Below, piece after piece: positions 37,375 through 49,020 of a stretch of 64,000 nucleotides of DNA. Made by a program: the position numbers and the translations under genes. The DNA lies in NCBI GenBank assembly GCA_002499345.1, contig DALF01000019.1, forward strand, positions 11,021-75,020, read 5' to 3'. The notes beneath the pieces were generated by a model. The model was not told the origin of the DNA. It did not search any database and was given only the letters and a program-made list of their open reading frames with translations. The DNA comes from Euryarchaeota archaeon UBA170. GTDB lineage: Archaea; Thermoplasmatota; Poseidoniia; Poseidoniales; Thalassarchaeaceae. How positions within the stretch are numbered: position 1 is the first letter of the stretch; every line of letters begins with the position of its first letter.

Positions 37375-38898
37375 ATGAAGATAAGCAATAGTGAATTTAC
37401 CACATTAGGCGCACAATTGATTTTACCGGTGTTCGAAGATACCAAGAAAGCACCCAATAACTCTCTGAAGGGACTAAATAGGAACCAGAGGGGACTTGTC
37501 AGGGACGTTCTCAGCTCTGGTGGTTTCGAAGGTAAGAAGGGCACTAGAATGTCCTTATGGACGCCTGGTTGTAACATCATCTTGGTAGGTATGGGAGATA
37601 GAGAAGGCATTAGTCATAAGATAGCGAGAAATGCTGGAGCCAGACTAATTTCATCCTTGTCCAAAAAGAAGGGGACTAATCTGACTGTTAGATTCACCAC
37701 GGGTTGGACTGGAGATAGAATGTTAGACTTCGCAGAGGGAATGATGCTTCGGGACTACGAGTTCTTGGAGCATCAGGAAAAACCCGATGATCATATCGAA
37801 GAAGATTGGGTAGTTGACTTTCAAGCCGGTAGCCGGCACCAGGAGAAGCTCGGTTCCGATCTTCTAGATGTGCAGTCTGTGGTGAAGGGAGTCCACACGG
37901 CACGTGATTTGGGGAATGAGCCTGCTAATGTCCTCTACCCAATGGAATATGCTAGAAGGGCGCAAGAATGGGCCAAGGGAAAGGAGAACGTCAGAGTTGA
38001 GGTTTATGAGTGGGAGAAACTGCATGAGCTTGGAATGGGTGGACTGATAAATGTCGGCAAGGGGAGTGATCAGAAGCCCTGTATGGTCTTATTCACATTG
38101 AATCCAGATGAAGATGAGGGAGTTAGGAGACCATGTATTGTGGGCAAAGGGATTACTTTCGATACGGGTGGCATCTCTATCAAACCCACCAGTGGAATGT
38201 GGGACATGAAGTATGATATGTGTGGCGCCGCTACTGTTTTCGGCCTTATGGAGGCTCTTTATGAAACTGGATACCCTAGGCGAGTAAATGGTATCTCCTG
38301 CCTTGCAGAGAATATGCCCGGCTCTGGTGCTTACCGTCCGGGTGATGTCTTCAAGACATATTCTGGGAAAACTGTAGAGGTCTTCAGTACAGACGCAGAG
38401 GGAAGGAATGTCCTTTCCGATGGTCTATGGAAGGCTGGGGAGCTTGATCCTGAGTATATCATCGATCTAGCCACGCTTACTGGTGCGGTTATTGTGGCTT
38501 TAGGAAATCAGATTTCTGGAATGTGGTCCAATGATGATGATTTGGCCGGAAATCTAAAATCAGCGGCCGAAAGAAGTGGCGAGCCAGTTTGGAGAATGCC
38601 TTTGAATAGTCAATTTCGTAAGTATATGACAGACTCAGCATTCGCGGACATAAGAAATGGTTCCATAGGAGGTAGGGCCGGATCATCCAATACCGCTGCC
38701 GCATTCTTAGAGTTCTTTGTCCCAAATAGAGGATTTGAGGAGGATGGTGACAAGATACCTTGGGCTCATCTTGACATAGCCGGATCAGCTTGGGGACCCG
38801 GTTCCAAAGCTCGTTCTGAGGGTGAAAACCCTCTTTTCCAGTTTGGGACCTCGGGCATCCATGTTAGGACTCTGCACAGGATGATCACAGAAAGCTAG
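37375..38898 (+). CDS. pepA: Leucyl aminopeptidase (M17)
   Basis: VGKGITFDTGG, MKYDMCG, TDAEGR, DLATLTGA and HLDIAG. Confidence 0.95.
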   Translation: MKISNSEFTTLGAQLILPVFEDTKKAPNNSLKGLNRNQRGLVRDVLSSGGFEGKKGTRMSLWTPGCNIILVGMGDREGISHKIARNAGARLISSLSKKKGTNLTVRFTTGWTGDRMLDFAEGMMLRDYEFLEHQEKPDDHIEEDWVVDFQAGSRHQEKLGSDLLDVQSVVKGVHTARDLGNEPANVLYPMEYARRAQEWAKGKENVRVEVYEWEKLHELGMGGLINVGKGSDQKPCMVLFTLNPDEDEGVRRPCIVGKGITFDTGGISIKPTSGMWDMKYDMCGAATVFGLMEALYETGYPRRVNGISCLAENMPGSGAYRPGDVFKTYSGKTVEVFSTDAEGRNVLSDGLWKAGELDPEYIIDLATLTGAVIVALGNQISGMWSNDDDLAGNLKSAAERSGEPVWRMPLNSQFRKYMTDSAFADIRNGSIGGRAGSSNTAAAFLEFFVPNRGFEEDGDKIPWAHLDIAGSAWGPGSKARSEGENPLFQFGTSGIHVRTLHRMITES

Positions 38899-40779
38899 CT
38901 ACTCATCGCTGTCTTCAGGCTCGACCTCTTCGAAGTCGGCTTCGACTACATCGTCTGAGCCTTCGCTTTCTTGTTGTTCGGCCATTTCAGCAGCCGCGGC
39001 TTCGTAGAGCTTCGCGGATACTTCGTGTAATGACTCCTCTACCTCTGACATCTTAGCCTGTACGGCGGCTTCATCCAAATCCTCTACATCGATTGTCTTG
39101 TCATCCTTTGTGATCAGAGCTCTCAACTCCTCGAGCTTGGCATGGATTGGGTCTGCATTGAGGTCTGAGATTTTCTCTGCCGCCTCATTGAGCATTTTTG
39201 AAGCCTGATAGACCATCCCATCGGCGGAATTGATCAGGGTCACTCCTGCCTTTCTCCTCTTATCGTCTGAAGCGAATTCTTCGGCCTCTGCAACCTTAGC
39301 ATTTATCTCGTCCTCGCTTAGAGAGGTTTGGCTCTCTATCTTTATGGATTGCTCCGTTCCTGTGCCCAAGTCCTTAGCAGAAACATTGACAATTCCATTT
39401 GCATCGATATCAAAGGTAACCTCAATTTGTGGCATTCCTCTTGGCGAAGGCGGTATCCCCATCAGGTGAAACTTTCCGAGAGTGATGTTATCCTTGGCAA
39501 ATTCCCTTTCGCCCTGCAAGACATGTACCTCGACTGCAGGCTGATTATCCGCTGCAGTGGAGAATGTCTCGGACCTCCTAGTGGGAATGGTAGTATTTCT
39601 CTCAATCATTGTTGTCATAATCCCTCCGAGTGTTTCGATACCGAGAGTAAGTGGCGTGACATCGAGCAGGAGGACATCAGTAACTCCCTCGTCCCCAGTG
39701 ATTATTCCTGCTTGAAGGACTGCTCCGACAGCGACTGCTTCGTCCGGGTTTATGCCCTTGAAAGGTGGCTTGCCCACTTCCTTCTCTATTGCTACTTGAA
39801 CCGCAGGAACTCTGGTAGATCCCCCTACGAGAATAACCTTGTCGACATTTCCTTTCTTAATTCCAGCATCCTTCATGGCCCTTCTGGTGGGGCCCATTGT
39901 CCTCTCTACGAGATCAGAGATAAGATCTTCGAATTTAGCCTTAGATAGGGAGATGTCGAGATGCTCTGGCTGACCATCACCACTCATTGTGATGAATGGG
40001 AGATTTATCTGAGTTGTACTGGTGCCTGAAAGCTCTATCTTGGCCTTCTCTGCAGCTTCACGTAGTCTTGTTATTGCCGTCATGTCGCTTGATAGATCAA
40101 TTCCTGTTGATTTCTTGAATTCCAAAACGAGCCAGTCGATTACTACCTCGTCGAAGTCGTCTCCGCCCAAGCGATTATCTCCGCTGGTCGCCTTAACCTC
40201 GATTTGGGGTTGGCCATCAACCTGGTATATCTCAAGAACAGAGACATCAAATGTCCCCCCTCCCAGATCATAGACCAATATTGTCTGATCGTCATCTTTG
40301 TCGACCCCATATGCTAGAGCGGCGGCTGTGGGCTCGTTGATAATTCGGAGAACTTCAAGTCCCGCGATTCTCCCTGCGTCCTTTGTTGCCTGACGCTGTG
40401 CATCAGTGAAGTATGCTGGACAAGTGATCACAGCCTGCTTAACCTCTCGGCCAAGATAGTCCTCGGCATCAGACTTTAGCTTCTGTAAGACAAATGCGGA
40501 GATCTCCTGCGGAGTATATTCGGTATCATCTATTTTCTTCTTCCAGTCAGTGCCCATCTCCCTCTTAACTGACATTATTGTTCTTTCGGAATTAGTCACA
40601 GCCTGTCTCTTGGCGGTTATACCGACCACTCTTTCACCTCCATTCTTAGAGAATGCGACAACACTGGGAGTCGTTCTCGCTCCTTCTGAGTTCGGAATGA
40701 CCACTGGTTTTCCCGCCTCTAAAGTTGCTACACAGCTGTTTGTTGTTCCCAAATCTATTCCAATTACCGGTCCAGTCAT
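38899..40779 (-). CDS. dnaK: Molecular chaperone DnaK (Hsp70)
   Basis: [27 protein letters not shown] and NPDEAVA. Confidence 0.98.
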   Translation of the reverse strand: MTGPVIGIDLGTTNSCVATLEAGKPVVIPNSEGARTTPSVVAFSKNGGERVVGITAKRQAVTNSERTIMSVKREMGTDWKKKIDDTEYTPQEISAFVLQKLKSDAEDYLGREVKQAVITCPAYFTDAQRQATKDAGRIAGLEVLRIINEPTAAALAYGVDKDDDQTILVYDLGGGTFDVSVLEIYQVDGQPQIEVKATSGDNRLGGDDFDEVVIDWLVLEFKKSTGIDLSSDMTAITRLREAAEKAKIELSGTSTTQINLPFITMSGDGQPEHLDISLSKAKFEDLISDLVERTMGPTRRAMKDAGIKKGNVDKVILVGGSTRVPAVQVAIEKEVGKPPFKGINPDEAVAVGAVLQAGIITGDEGVTDVLLLDVTPLTLGIETLGGIMTTMIERNTTIPTRRSETFSTAADNQPAVEVHVLQGEREFAKDNITLGKFHLMGIPPSPRGMPQIEVTFDIDANGIVNVSAKDLGTGTEQSIKIESQTSLSEDEINAKVAEAEEFASDDKRRKAGVTLINSADGMVYQASKMLNEAAEKISDLNADPIHAKLEELRALITKDDKTIDVEDLDEAAVQAKMSEVEESLHEVSAKLYEAAAAEMAEQQESEGSDDVVEADFEEVEPEDSDE

Positions 40780-40800
40780 TTTTTTTCCTCCTATGATAGG

Positions 40801-41406
40801 CTAAGCCATATCGAAAGTGATGTCTAGTATGCCATTATTCAGGTTCCAATCAGAGACTGAGTTGGCCGCCTGCGGGAGATTGATACTCTTGATTGGCCTG
40901 AGTTGGGTTCTTCTCATTAATTGGAGAACCTTGCCTCCGTGGGATAATATGAGCTCAAAGCTTCCCTCATCTAGATCCACGATGTTTGAGACATCGATTG
41001 TAACATACATGGAAGTACCATCAACGTAGGTATCTTCTACAGGAACATCGGTCTCATCCTCTTGTTCTTCTTCAACCACAACCTCTGCGGACTCATTATC
41101 GGGACCAACTTGGACGTTAATACCCATATTCTTGAAAATCTCAGAAAAGCCTTCGGGATGGTTCATGAAGGATTCCATTTGCTTGCGGAAATTTTCGGGG
41201 TCTCCTTGGAAATTCATTTTCACGTTGCTATTGTAGATACTCTCGGCATCTATGCCCAAATTGTCAAATTGCTGACGGATTCTAGAAATTGTATCCTCTA
41301 GTTCCGATTTATCGATTGGCATTCCCATCTGATTGAACAGATTGAGCATCTGCTCAATCATTTTCTTTTCCCATTCATCGGAATTTGAATCACTCATTTC
41401 TACCAC
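40801..41406 (-). CDS. Hypothetical protein with C-terminal Hsp20/alpha-crystallin-like domain
   Basis: C-terminal ...INLPQ...WNLNNGILDITF resembles the ACD signature (NGxL). N-terminal part is Met/Gln-rich and helical. Lies 21 nt upstream of dnaK. Confidence 0.6.
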   Translation of the reverse strand: MVEMSDSNSDEWEKKMIEQMLNLFNQMGMPIDKSELEDTISRIRQQFDNLGIDAESIYNSNVKMNFQGDPENFRKQMESFMNHPEGFSEIFKNMGINVQVGPDNESAEVVVEEEQEDETDVPVEDTYVDGTSMYVTIDVSNIVDLDEGSFELILSHGGKVLQLMRRTQLRPIKSINLPQAANSVSDWNLNNGILDITFDMA

Positions 41407-41540
41407 TACTTAACTGACGGTTGTATAGTGCGATGATAGTGCCATATATGAATATACGCATTGGAATATGAGTTCTTTCTTGGTAACGGAGATAGATTAG
41501 TGATGGAGTACTTCAAATCTAGGACTAGATTCCGAGTACC

Positions 41541-43154
41541 ATGGTGCAGGCTGAGCATGATGTTGCCCTACAGGACACCGATAGGCTGGAAGGACGTGCG
41601 GCTCTAGTGAATAACGTCAAGGCCGCTGTAGCCCTAGCTGGAGCCGTTAGATCTACTTTAGGTCCAAGAGGATTAGACAAAATGCTGGTATCTGATGATG
41701 GAAATTGTCTAGTAACAAATGATGGAGTTACAGTAATCGAGGCTGCAAAGGTCGAACATCCAACAGCCAGGCTTCTAATCTCCGCATCTTCATCTCAAGA
41801 TAAGTCAGCTAGAGATGGAACTACCTCAACTGTGATCCTTACTGCAGAGTTTCTACAGAATTCCCTTGAGCTTGTTAGGATGGGGATTCATCCATCTACT
41901 GTAATCAATGGTTTCCTTCTAGCGGAGAGAGAAGCTATTTCTGAGCTAGACAGGGTCTCAAGGGAAGCGAGCTCTGAGGAGGAGCTGAAGTCAGTAATTT
42001 CGACTACTTTGGCTGGCAAGATTGGCGAGTCGCTGGCCTCCCATATCACTGAAATTGCTTTTGAAGCAGCTGAGTTGATTTCGGATGAAGAAGGCGGCGA
42101 TGACCTAGAAAGGTTGAGAGTAAAGAGGTTGCAGGTCAGTGGTGGTTCAACTACTGATAGTCGTCTTATCAACGGTTTGATGATCCCTAAGACTAGGGTC
42201 GATATCTCAACTCCTTCCTCTTCTGGTGGGGGGACCATAGCAATAATCGATGGCGGCCTTGAGAATACAAAGCTCGAGATGGATGCCGAGATTGAGATCA
42301 GTAGCCCCGGAGTACTGAAGGGATTCCATGACCGATCTTTGGCGAAATTGAGAGAAGAGGTCGTCCATCTTTCATCCCTCGGAGTTGAGCTACTGATTGT
42401 CAGAGAAGGGATTTCTGATGATGCTATTTCCATGCTAAATGATGCTGGGATAACCTCATACAGAAGATTTGAGAGGGAGGATTTGGAGCGACTCTCGAAA
42501 ATAACTGGAGCTCGAATGGTCAGGAGACCGATCAGGATTACAGAAGACGACCTCGGGAAATTCACTGGTAGAAGGGAAGAGACTGTGGCAGGTATATCTC
42601 ATTCTATCATAGAGGGATCCGAAGGTGGTGCATTAACTGTGGTCGTTCGTGGAACATCTCCCCAGATTAGAGAAGAGGCAGTCAGGGCGTTTGATGATGC
42701 CATGGGCGTAGCCTTCAGGGTCATTAGAGACTCCAGAGTGATTCCAGGAGGAGGTGCAATTCAAACACATCTAGCTAGACACCTGAGGTCGTTCGCTCTC
42801 GGAAACCCTGGAAGGGAGCAATTGGCAATAGAGGGTTATGCTGCCGCTTTGGAGGTCATTCCTAGGACACTTGCAGAAAATGCTGGGCTCGACCCAATAG
42901 ATGTAGTTCTGGACCTGTCCGCAGCACAAAATTCCGATGAGGAGAATGGCCCGTGGATAGGACTTGATGCCATGACTGGAAGTAGGTCTAGAATGGACGA
43001 GATGGGAATCTTGGATCCTTTATTTGTAACTAGGCATTCCATTTCTGGATCGACTGAGGCCGCAATCAGTGTACTCAGGATTAACGATGTTCTTTGGGCG
43101 AAGCAGGACCCAACTACTCCAGATTGGAATGATGATGAAGTTCAGGAAGACTGA
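41541..43154 (+). CDS. Group II chaperonin (thermosome) subunit, divergent paralog
   Basis: [29 protein letters not shown] and [12 protein letters not shown]. Confidence 0.93.
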   Translation: MVQAEHDVALQDTDRLEGRAALVNNVKAAVALAGAVRSTLGPRGLDKMLVSDDGNCLVTNDGVTVIEAAKVEHPTARLLISASSSQDKSARDGTTSTVILTAEFLQNSLELVRMGIHPSTVINGFLLAEREAISELDRVSREASSEEELKSVISTTLAGKIGESLASHITEIAFEAAELISDEEGGDDLERLRVKRLQVSGGSTTDSRLINGLMIPKTRVDISTPSSSGGGTIAIIDGGLENTKLEMDAEIEISSPGVLKGFHDRSLAKLREEVVHLSSLGVELLIVREGISDDAISMLNDAGITSYRRFEREDLERLSKITGARMVRRPIRITEDDLGKFTGRREETVAGISHSIIEGSEGGALTVVVRGTSPQIREEAVRAFDDAMGVAFRVIRDSRVIPGGGAIQTHLARHLRSFALGNPGREQLAIEGYAAALEVIPRTLAENAGLDPIDVVLDLSAAQNSDEENGPWIGLDAMTGSRSRMDEMGILDPLFVTRHSISGSTEAAISVLRINDVLWAKQDPTTPDWNDDEVQED

Positions 43155-43155
43155 T

Positions 43156-44106
43156 TTAACTAATATTGGAAATCATCTCGTCTACCATTCTTCCCAAGTC
43201 ATAATTTGCTTCCCATCCCCACTCATTTCTAGCGGCCTCATCATCAACATCATCGGGCCACGAGTCGGCTACCTTCTGCCTGAAATCGGGAATAAAATCA
43301 CAAGTGAATCCCGGTATTCTCTCAGCTATCTTATCAGCTAGTTCTCCCGCAGTAAATGATATTCCCTTAATATTATATCCAACTCTAGAATCTCCCAGAC
43401 TCCCTGGATCTGCCTGCATGATACTCTCTGTCGCTCTAATGGCGTCTTCCATGTACATCATAGGTAATCTTGTATCTTCACTAACAAAGCAATCATAGTG
43501 TCCATGATCAACAGCTGCTCTGAAAATATCAACTGCATAGTCAGTGGTCCCCCCTCCTGCTGGCGCTTTCCATGAAATCAAGCCAGGAAATCTGAGCCCC
43601 CGTACATCAACGCCATACTGTTTCCAATAGTTCAATCCTAATATCTCCCCTGTTACCTTTGTCTTACCATACATTGTTGTTGGATTTAGAGGGCCTTCCT
43701 GAGGGGCAATATTTGGAGAATCTGGTCCGAAAACTGCGATTGATGAGGGTGCGAAGACCTTCAAATCAAAATCTCTAGCTGCTTCGAGAACGGATACAGT
43801 ACCCCCTACATTCACTCTCTGACAAAGCTCTGGATTTTTCTCTCCAGTTGCGGAAAGAATGGCGGCCAGGTGAAAAACTGTACCAATGCCCTCCTCTAGA
43901 ATCACTCTTTCCATCTTGGCTCCATCCAGAACACTGAGATTTGAGAATGGCCCGTCAGGAAAGTTTGATTCTGGTCCGGGACTCCTTATGTCAGTAGCTA
44001 GTATGTTGTCCTTACCATGCCTCTGCCTTAGGGATGAGACCAGCTCGGTACCTATTTGCCCTAGTGCCCCTGTTACCAGAATTCTGTCCCCGGGTGACTC
44101 TGTCAT
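43156..44106 (-). CDS. L-threonine 3-dehydrogenase (SDR/epimerase type)
   Basis: TGALGQIG, HLAAILSATGE, PSSIAVFG, YGKTK, GGGTTDYAV and LPMMYM. Confidence 0.9.
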   Translation of the reverse strand: MTESPGDRILVTGALGQIGTELVSSLRQRHGKDNILATDIRSPGPESNFPDGPFSNLSVLDGAKMERVILEEGIGTVFHLAAILSATGEKNPELCQRVNVGGTVSVLEAARDFDLKVFAPSSIAVFGPDSPNIAPQEGPLNPTTMYGKTKVTGEILGLNYWKQYGVDVRGLRFPGLISWKAPAGGGTTDYAVDIFRAAVDHGHYDCFVSEDTRLPMMYMEDAIRATESIMQADPGSLGDSRVGYNIKGISFTAGELADKIAERIPGFTCDFIPDFRQKVADSWPDDVDDEAARNEWGWEANYDLGRMVDEMISNIS

Positions 44107-44189
44107 GTTACTTCGTAAAGCTGGAGATACTTGGTCATTGATGTGCGATAAAGTGGGTTTACTGTCCCAATGTTGATATGCGAGGCACA

Positions 44190-45860
44190 ATGGCTTCAGA
44201 CCCCGTTGGTTGCATGAAGTATGTCGTAGTTACCGGGGGAGTCCTGTCTGGATTGGGCAAAGGAGTGACCGCCAGTAGTATCGGTGTTCTTCTAAAATCA
44301 GCTGGCCTGAGAGTTACTTCAATCAAGATAGATCCATACTTGAACAGCGATGCAGGGACGATGTCTCCATTCGAACATGGAGAGGTCTTCGTTCTTGATG
44401 ACGGAGGAGAAGTAGATTTAGACTTGGGAAATTATGAGAGGTTCTTGGATGTGGCTCTGACAAGAGATAATAATATCACTACAGGGAAAGTATACGCCAA
44501 AGTGATTGAGAAAGAAAGGAGGGGGGACTACCTAGGAAAGACTGTTCAAGTAGTCCCACACATAACTAATGAGATTCAAGATTGGATAGATGCCGTAGCA
44601 CACGTGCCCGCTGACGGAACTTCGAGTACTCCGGATGCTTGCGTGATTGAATTGGGAGGGACGGTTGGAGACATAGAGAGTGCCCCTTTCATCGAGGCAC
44701 TGAGACAATTCCAATTCAGAGCCGGCAAGGGGAATGTTTGCTTCGTGCATGTTAGCTTGGTTCCGGTAATGGGACCTGTTGGAGAGCAGAAAACCAAGCC
44801 TACTCAACATACTGTCAAGGAATTGCGTGGACTGGGCATAATACCTGATATTCTGGTATGTCGCTCGGAGAATCCATTGGATTCTGAGACAAAATCGAAA
44901 TTAGCGGCATTCTGCCATGTGGGAGAAGATGCTGTCATCTCAGCGCATGATGTTTCCAATCTGTATCAGATACCCATCTCACTACACGAACAATCTGTTC
45001 TTAGAATGGTGTCCAATAATCTGGGATTCGATATTCCCGATAGCCTCCCAATGCTCGACGAATGGAAGGAAATGGCTGACAAAGTGGATATGCTGGAGGA
45101 TGAAGTCAGAATAGCAATGGTGGGCAAGTATACCGGACTATCAGATTCTTATCTCTCAGTCATTAAGGCACTCCAGCACAGTGCCTTTGCGGTGAACAGG
45201 AAACTCATAATAGATTGGATAGAATCCACAAACTTGGACCCAATAGAAAAGACTCCTATGCACGATCATGCGTGGGCGACTCTGAAGTCCGCCGATGGGA
45301 TCCTGGTACCGGGCGGGTTCGGAAATCGTGGAGTCGAGGGGAAGATTGCGGCGGCAAACTACGCAAGAGTCAATAATGTACCATATCTTGGTGTTTGTCT
45401 TGGCCTACAGATTGCAACGATAGAGTTCTGTCGTAACGTACTGGGTCTTGATGGCGCTAATTCCGCTGAATTTGATGAGCATGCGCCTGTCCAGGCTGTT
45501 GTCTTCATGCCAGAGATATCCAAGACACACATGGGCGGAACTATGAGGCTGGGAACCAAACCGACTCCATTCCTAGTGGATGAATGTAAGGTACGTAGGC
45601 TGTATGGAGGCGCGAGCCATGTAGATGAACGTCACAGGCATCGGTACGAGGTTAATCCAGAGCTTATCGATAGAATTGAGGCCGCTGGATTGATTTACGT
45701 AGGCAAGGACGAGACTGGAGAGAGGTGTGAGATTATGGAGCTTGAAGGGCATCCGTATTATGTTGGTACTCAATACCATCCAGAGTTCAAATCAAGACCG
45801 AACAGACCTAGTCCGCCTTTCCTAGGATTGCTGAAAGCTTCCTGTGGCCATGAAATCTGA
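44190..45860 (+). CDS. pyrG: CTP synthase
   Basis: [45 protein letters not shown] and HPE. Confidence 0.98.
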   Translation: MASDPVGCMKYVVVTGGVLSGLGKGVTASSIGVLLKSAGLRVTSIKIDPYLNSDAGTMSPFEHGEVFVLDDGGEVDLDLGNYERFLDVALTRDNNITTGKVYAKVIEKERRGDYLGKTVQVVPHITNEIQDWIDAVAHVPADGTSSTPDACVIELGGTVGDIESAPFIEALRQFQFRAGKGNVCFVHVSLVPVMGPVGEQKTKPTQHTVKELRGLGIIPDILVCRSENPLDSETKSKLAAFCHVGEDAVISAHDVSNLYQIPISLHEQSVLRMVSNNLGFDIPDSLPMLDEWKEMADKVDMLEDEVRIAMVGKYTGLSDSYLSVIKALQHSAFAVNRKLIIDWIESTNLDPIEKTPMHDHAWATLKSADGILVPGGFGNRGVEGKIAAANYARVNNVPYLGVCLGLQIATIEFCRNVLGLDGANSAEFDEHAPVQAVVFMPEISKTHMGGTMRLGTKPTPFLVDECKVRRLYGGASHVDERHRHRYEVNPELIDRIEAAGLIYVGKDETGERCEIMELEGHPYYVGTQYHPEFKSRPNRPSPPFLGLLKASCGHEI

Positions 45861-45869
45861 AGTGTATAT

Positions 45870-47624
45870 CTAGCAGCAACTCTCGTCCAAGCTATCCTGG
45901 GCACAGAAGCAGGTCTTTGCAGGCATGATGTCTGCACGGGAGCTTCTCTCATTGAATAGGGCTGTTACTTCCTCAAGTTCCTCGGGAGCGTCCCCTCTCT
46001 CCTCGAGACAGAGTTTGAGACCCAGTAAGCCCCACATATTGTCCTTCCAAAGTTTGATGTCCTCACGATATACTGCCTCAGCTTCAGCTACCTCACCTTG
46101 CTCAAGGAGCAATGCACCGAGTATGTGCCTGACTGGTTGCATCTGGCCCCATGGTTCGTTGTACGCCAAGTTGAGCGATAGGTCAACGCCCCTGCGCAGA
46201 TGGTCGAATGCCTCTGTGAAATCGTAATCCTCCCCTCTGGCCTTTGCTTGGAACTGTCTTCGATATTCTATCTCGCCTGAGAGAACTGCGTCATTCACCA
46301 ACAGAATACAGGGCCCCTCACTCGGATCTTGATACATCAGGTTGTTATGGAGAACTCTTCCCTGAAGAGCTGGATTGTTGAGTGCTTCCTCAAATAGTAA
46401 CTGCTCTGCCTCGGCCTCTGGAACCATGCCCTTAGATGCGTAAGCCACTCCCCTAGCATAGTGCTGAGTAGCTACAGCGGCAGGGAATACATCTCCGTCT
46501 GTGTGGAGTGGTTCATTGAGTATCTCATCCCACTTTCCAAATCTAATCATGACATGCCACGGCATAGTAACATACGACTCTAGGAAGATCGCTCCCATTG
46601 GGATGATTCCAGCGAGCATGAACTGTACGCCCGACTCTGAATCGCCGGCCGGCAGAGTACTTACTGCTTTGCGTGCATACTTCAGTGCTGTTTCGTACTG
46701 TCCATCGAACATAGCACACCAGACCACGAAATGGTGATTGTGCATTCTGTAAAATTTGTAGAACTGTGACTCGTTACCAGTTATCTCAACATATCTGTCA
46801 TCTGCCTCTACAGCAGCGATATTGCACTCTATAGCCTCCTGCCACTGACCAACCCACGCATCTATGTGAGATGGCATATGGACTAAGTGACCAAGTCCGG
46901 GCATCAGTGTCCTGAGTACATCTGCAGCTGGTAGAGCCTTCTCTGGATAGGGAGAAAGTTCCAGTGCATGGCAGTATAGATGACAAAGAGCCGGATGGAC
47001 CTTTGCTTCCTCGCTGGTTTCAAAGGCGTCTTCTAATATCTTCACTAGAAGTAGGGTGTTTTCGTCAGCGGGAGTGATTTCGCCAGTCTTGGTATCTTTA
47101 TTCCACAGTTGCCAGGCCTTCAGATTCATAAGCGCCTCTACATAAATTGCAGTAACATCCAGATTGCCACTATATTTCTCATAAAGCGGAGCCATTGCTT
47201 CAGCGAATGCGATATTTAGCTCGGGACTATTACCCATATTGAGTACAGACGGATCAGCAGCATCTCTTGCTTCCTCTGAGTGCCTCTCTGCCAGTGCATC
47301 GATCAGATCTTGTTCCATTTCTGAACATCCTTCTTTGAGTGAGATGGCCATCTGGATTGGATCGTATCCTGAGCCAAGTCCGGGAGTCCAATTGTAGTTC
47401 GATGAGACGCAATAAGCAATCCCCCACCATGCCATGGCACAGTTTGGATCTAATTCAGTACATTTTGAGAAGCATGCAATAGCTTCCTCGTGGTTGTAAT
47501 TTAGCATATGCCCGTACGCAAGTACAAACATTTTCCTCGCTTCGTCGTTTGTGCATGTTACTTCCATTGCAAAGGAATAATTATCCATATTCCCAAAATC
47601 ATAGTCCTCAGGTGTCAAGTTCAT
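45870..47624 (-). CDS. TPR-like helical-repeat protein with His-rich motifs
   Basis: NHEEA..CF...DPNCAMAWWG, HLYCHALE, HLVHMPSHI, HNHHF, YNEPW..MQPVRH.LGALL and C-terminal CFC. Confidence 0.8.
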   Translation of the reverse strand: MNLTPEDYDFGNMDNYSFAMEVTCTNDEARKMFVLAYGHMLNYNHEEAIACFSKCTELDPNCAMAWWGIAYCVSSNYNWTPGLGSGYDPIQMAISLKEGCSEMEQDLIDALAERHSEEARDAADPSVLNMGNSPELNIAFAEAMAPLYEKYSGNLDVTAIYVEALMNLKAWQLWNKDTKTGEITPADENTLLLVKILEDAFETSEEAKVHPALCHLYCHALELSPYPEKALPAADVLRTLMPGLGHLVHMPSHIDAWVGQWQEAIECNIAAVEADDRYVEITGNESQFYKFYRMHNHHFVVWCAMFDGQYETALKYARKAVSTLPAGDSESGVQFMLAGIIPMGAIFLESYVTMPWHVMIRFGKWDEILNEPLHTDGDVFPAAVATQHYARGVAYASKGMVPEAEAEQLLFEEALNNPALQGRVLHNNLMYQDPSEGPCILLVNDAVLSGEIEYRRQFQAKARGEDYDFTEAFDHLRRGVDLSLNLAYNEPWGQMQPVRHILGALLLEQGEVAEAEAVYREDIKLWKDNMWGLLGLKLCLEERGDAPEELEEVTALFNERSSRADIMPAKTCFCAQDSLDESCC

Positions 47625-47718
47625 GTCTCGACGAGTGGCTGTTCAGGTATAATTTAAACTGATAGAAACTCATTATTTAGCGCTTTTTATATTTTTTCGT
47701 TTAATATTTGCTCTGTAA

Positions 47719-48867
47719 TCAATCTACAGATACTCGTAGAACTCTGGTTGTCCTATACCCCTGCAATACCTTGAGATACTTCTTTTTGGAGAACCTTTCA
47801 TCCATCTCAGGGTCACCAGTCTCAATCCTAAGACTACGTAAGGTGAGCATTTTGGCAGGGGTGACGATTCCAAGAACTCTGTCTACTCCAATCATCCTGA
47901 GTACTTCCGGTGAAAGCTGGAGGTTTCCCCTTCCAATCAGAAATCCTTGTCCGCCCATTGGAGATAGGAGTAGTATCACGTCACCTTGATGCTCTTCGAG
48001 CGCGGTCAATATCTCCTTTTCGTTTAGATCTGAAGCAACAATATTATTCCCCAAGGTTATGTCAATACCTAGGGTATTCAACTCAAATCCAAGAATTCCT
48101 CCAATTGTCCTGAGTGTGCCTCCTGAACCCCAAATTATCATCATTTGGTCATCGATCAACGTCTCCCTTACGTGTTCAGCTAGTCCCTGAATAATTTCCC
48201 CTTCTCCCGAAGCTTCTACTCTCATCTTAGATCCTTGCATCCACCTTGGACTTGCCGGAGTAATTGCCTCAGCATAGAGCCTGACAACCCACTTCCCTTC
48301 CCTATACAGGTCTTCATCTAGGTCAAGAACCTCTGTAGTAGACAAAAGGAGGTCGCCCTCCAACCATGCACTGAGGACCTCAGCAGCGGCCTTGGGCGAG
48401 GAGGCAAAACAACCCGAATGCATCTTCACTCCGGTTGGAACGCCAATTATGGGTAATTCTGGTCTGCCATATTCGGAGAGAGCGGCTACTACGTCTCTAG
48501 TCGTGCCATCGCCCCCTGCATAAATTAGAAGATCGATGTCAGAGTCTATCATTGATGAGACTAGTTGACTGGTATCTTGAGCATCTGTAGAGCTACTTGA
48601 AGAGTGGACGATGCCAAATGGAGATATTGTCGGGGGAATCCAATCGGTACCCATTCTTCCTTCGCTTAGATACCACTGGACACCATCCAGATTTTCCTTA
48701 CTGATTGCGACTAAGTGATCCAACATTATCCTCATTCTAGGGCCAGATCTATCTTGAGCGCCCCTAGATCTTGCAATTTCGGCTTGGCCATCTGAACCCT
48801 TCAAACCAAGTCTCCCACCTAGTCCAGCATCCGGATTCACAAGAAGTCCCAGCTTAAACATGGCCAT
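47719..48867 (-). CDS. ATP-NAD kinase family protein
   Basis: VNPDAGLGG..GLKGSDG, AGGDGTTRD, PTGVKMHSG and GGQGFLIGRGNLQLS. Confidence 0.88.
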   Translation of the reverse strand: MAMFKLGLLVNPDAGLGGRLGLKGSDGQAEIARSRGAQDRSGPRMRIMLDHLVAISKENLDGVQWYLSEGRMGTDWIPPTISPFGIVHSSSSSTDAQDTSQLVSSMIDSDIDLLIYAGGDGTTRDVVAALSEYGRPELPIIGVPTGVKMHSGCFASSPKAAAEVLSAWLEGDLLLSTTEVLDLDEDLYREGKWVVRLYAEAITPASPRWMQGSKMRVEASGEGEIIQGLAEHVRETLIDDQMMIIWGSGGTLRTIGGILGFELNTLGIDITLGNNIVASDLNEKEILTALEEHQGDVILLLSPMGGQGFLIGRGNLQLSPEVLRMIGVDRVLGIVTPAKMLTLRSLRIETGDPEMDERFSKKKYLKVLQGYRTTRVLRVSVD

Positions 48868-49020
48868 GGCAAGGGGGGATTGGTCTTATCGCTTCGTAAT
48901 GGAATCACTCTTTTTCTAGGTTGTCGAATCATCAAGAACAAGTATTTGTACGGATATCTCAATTTATGACAGACGCCTTCAAACGGGATTGCGTGACCGG
49001 TCATATCAAGAGGAGTACTG

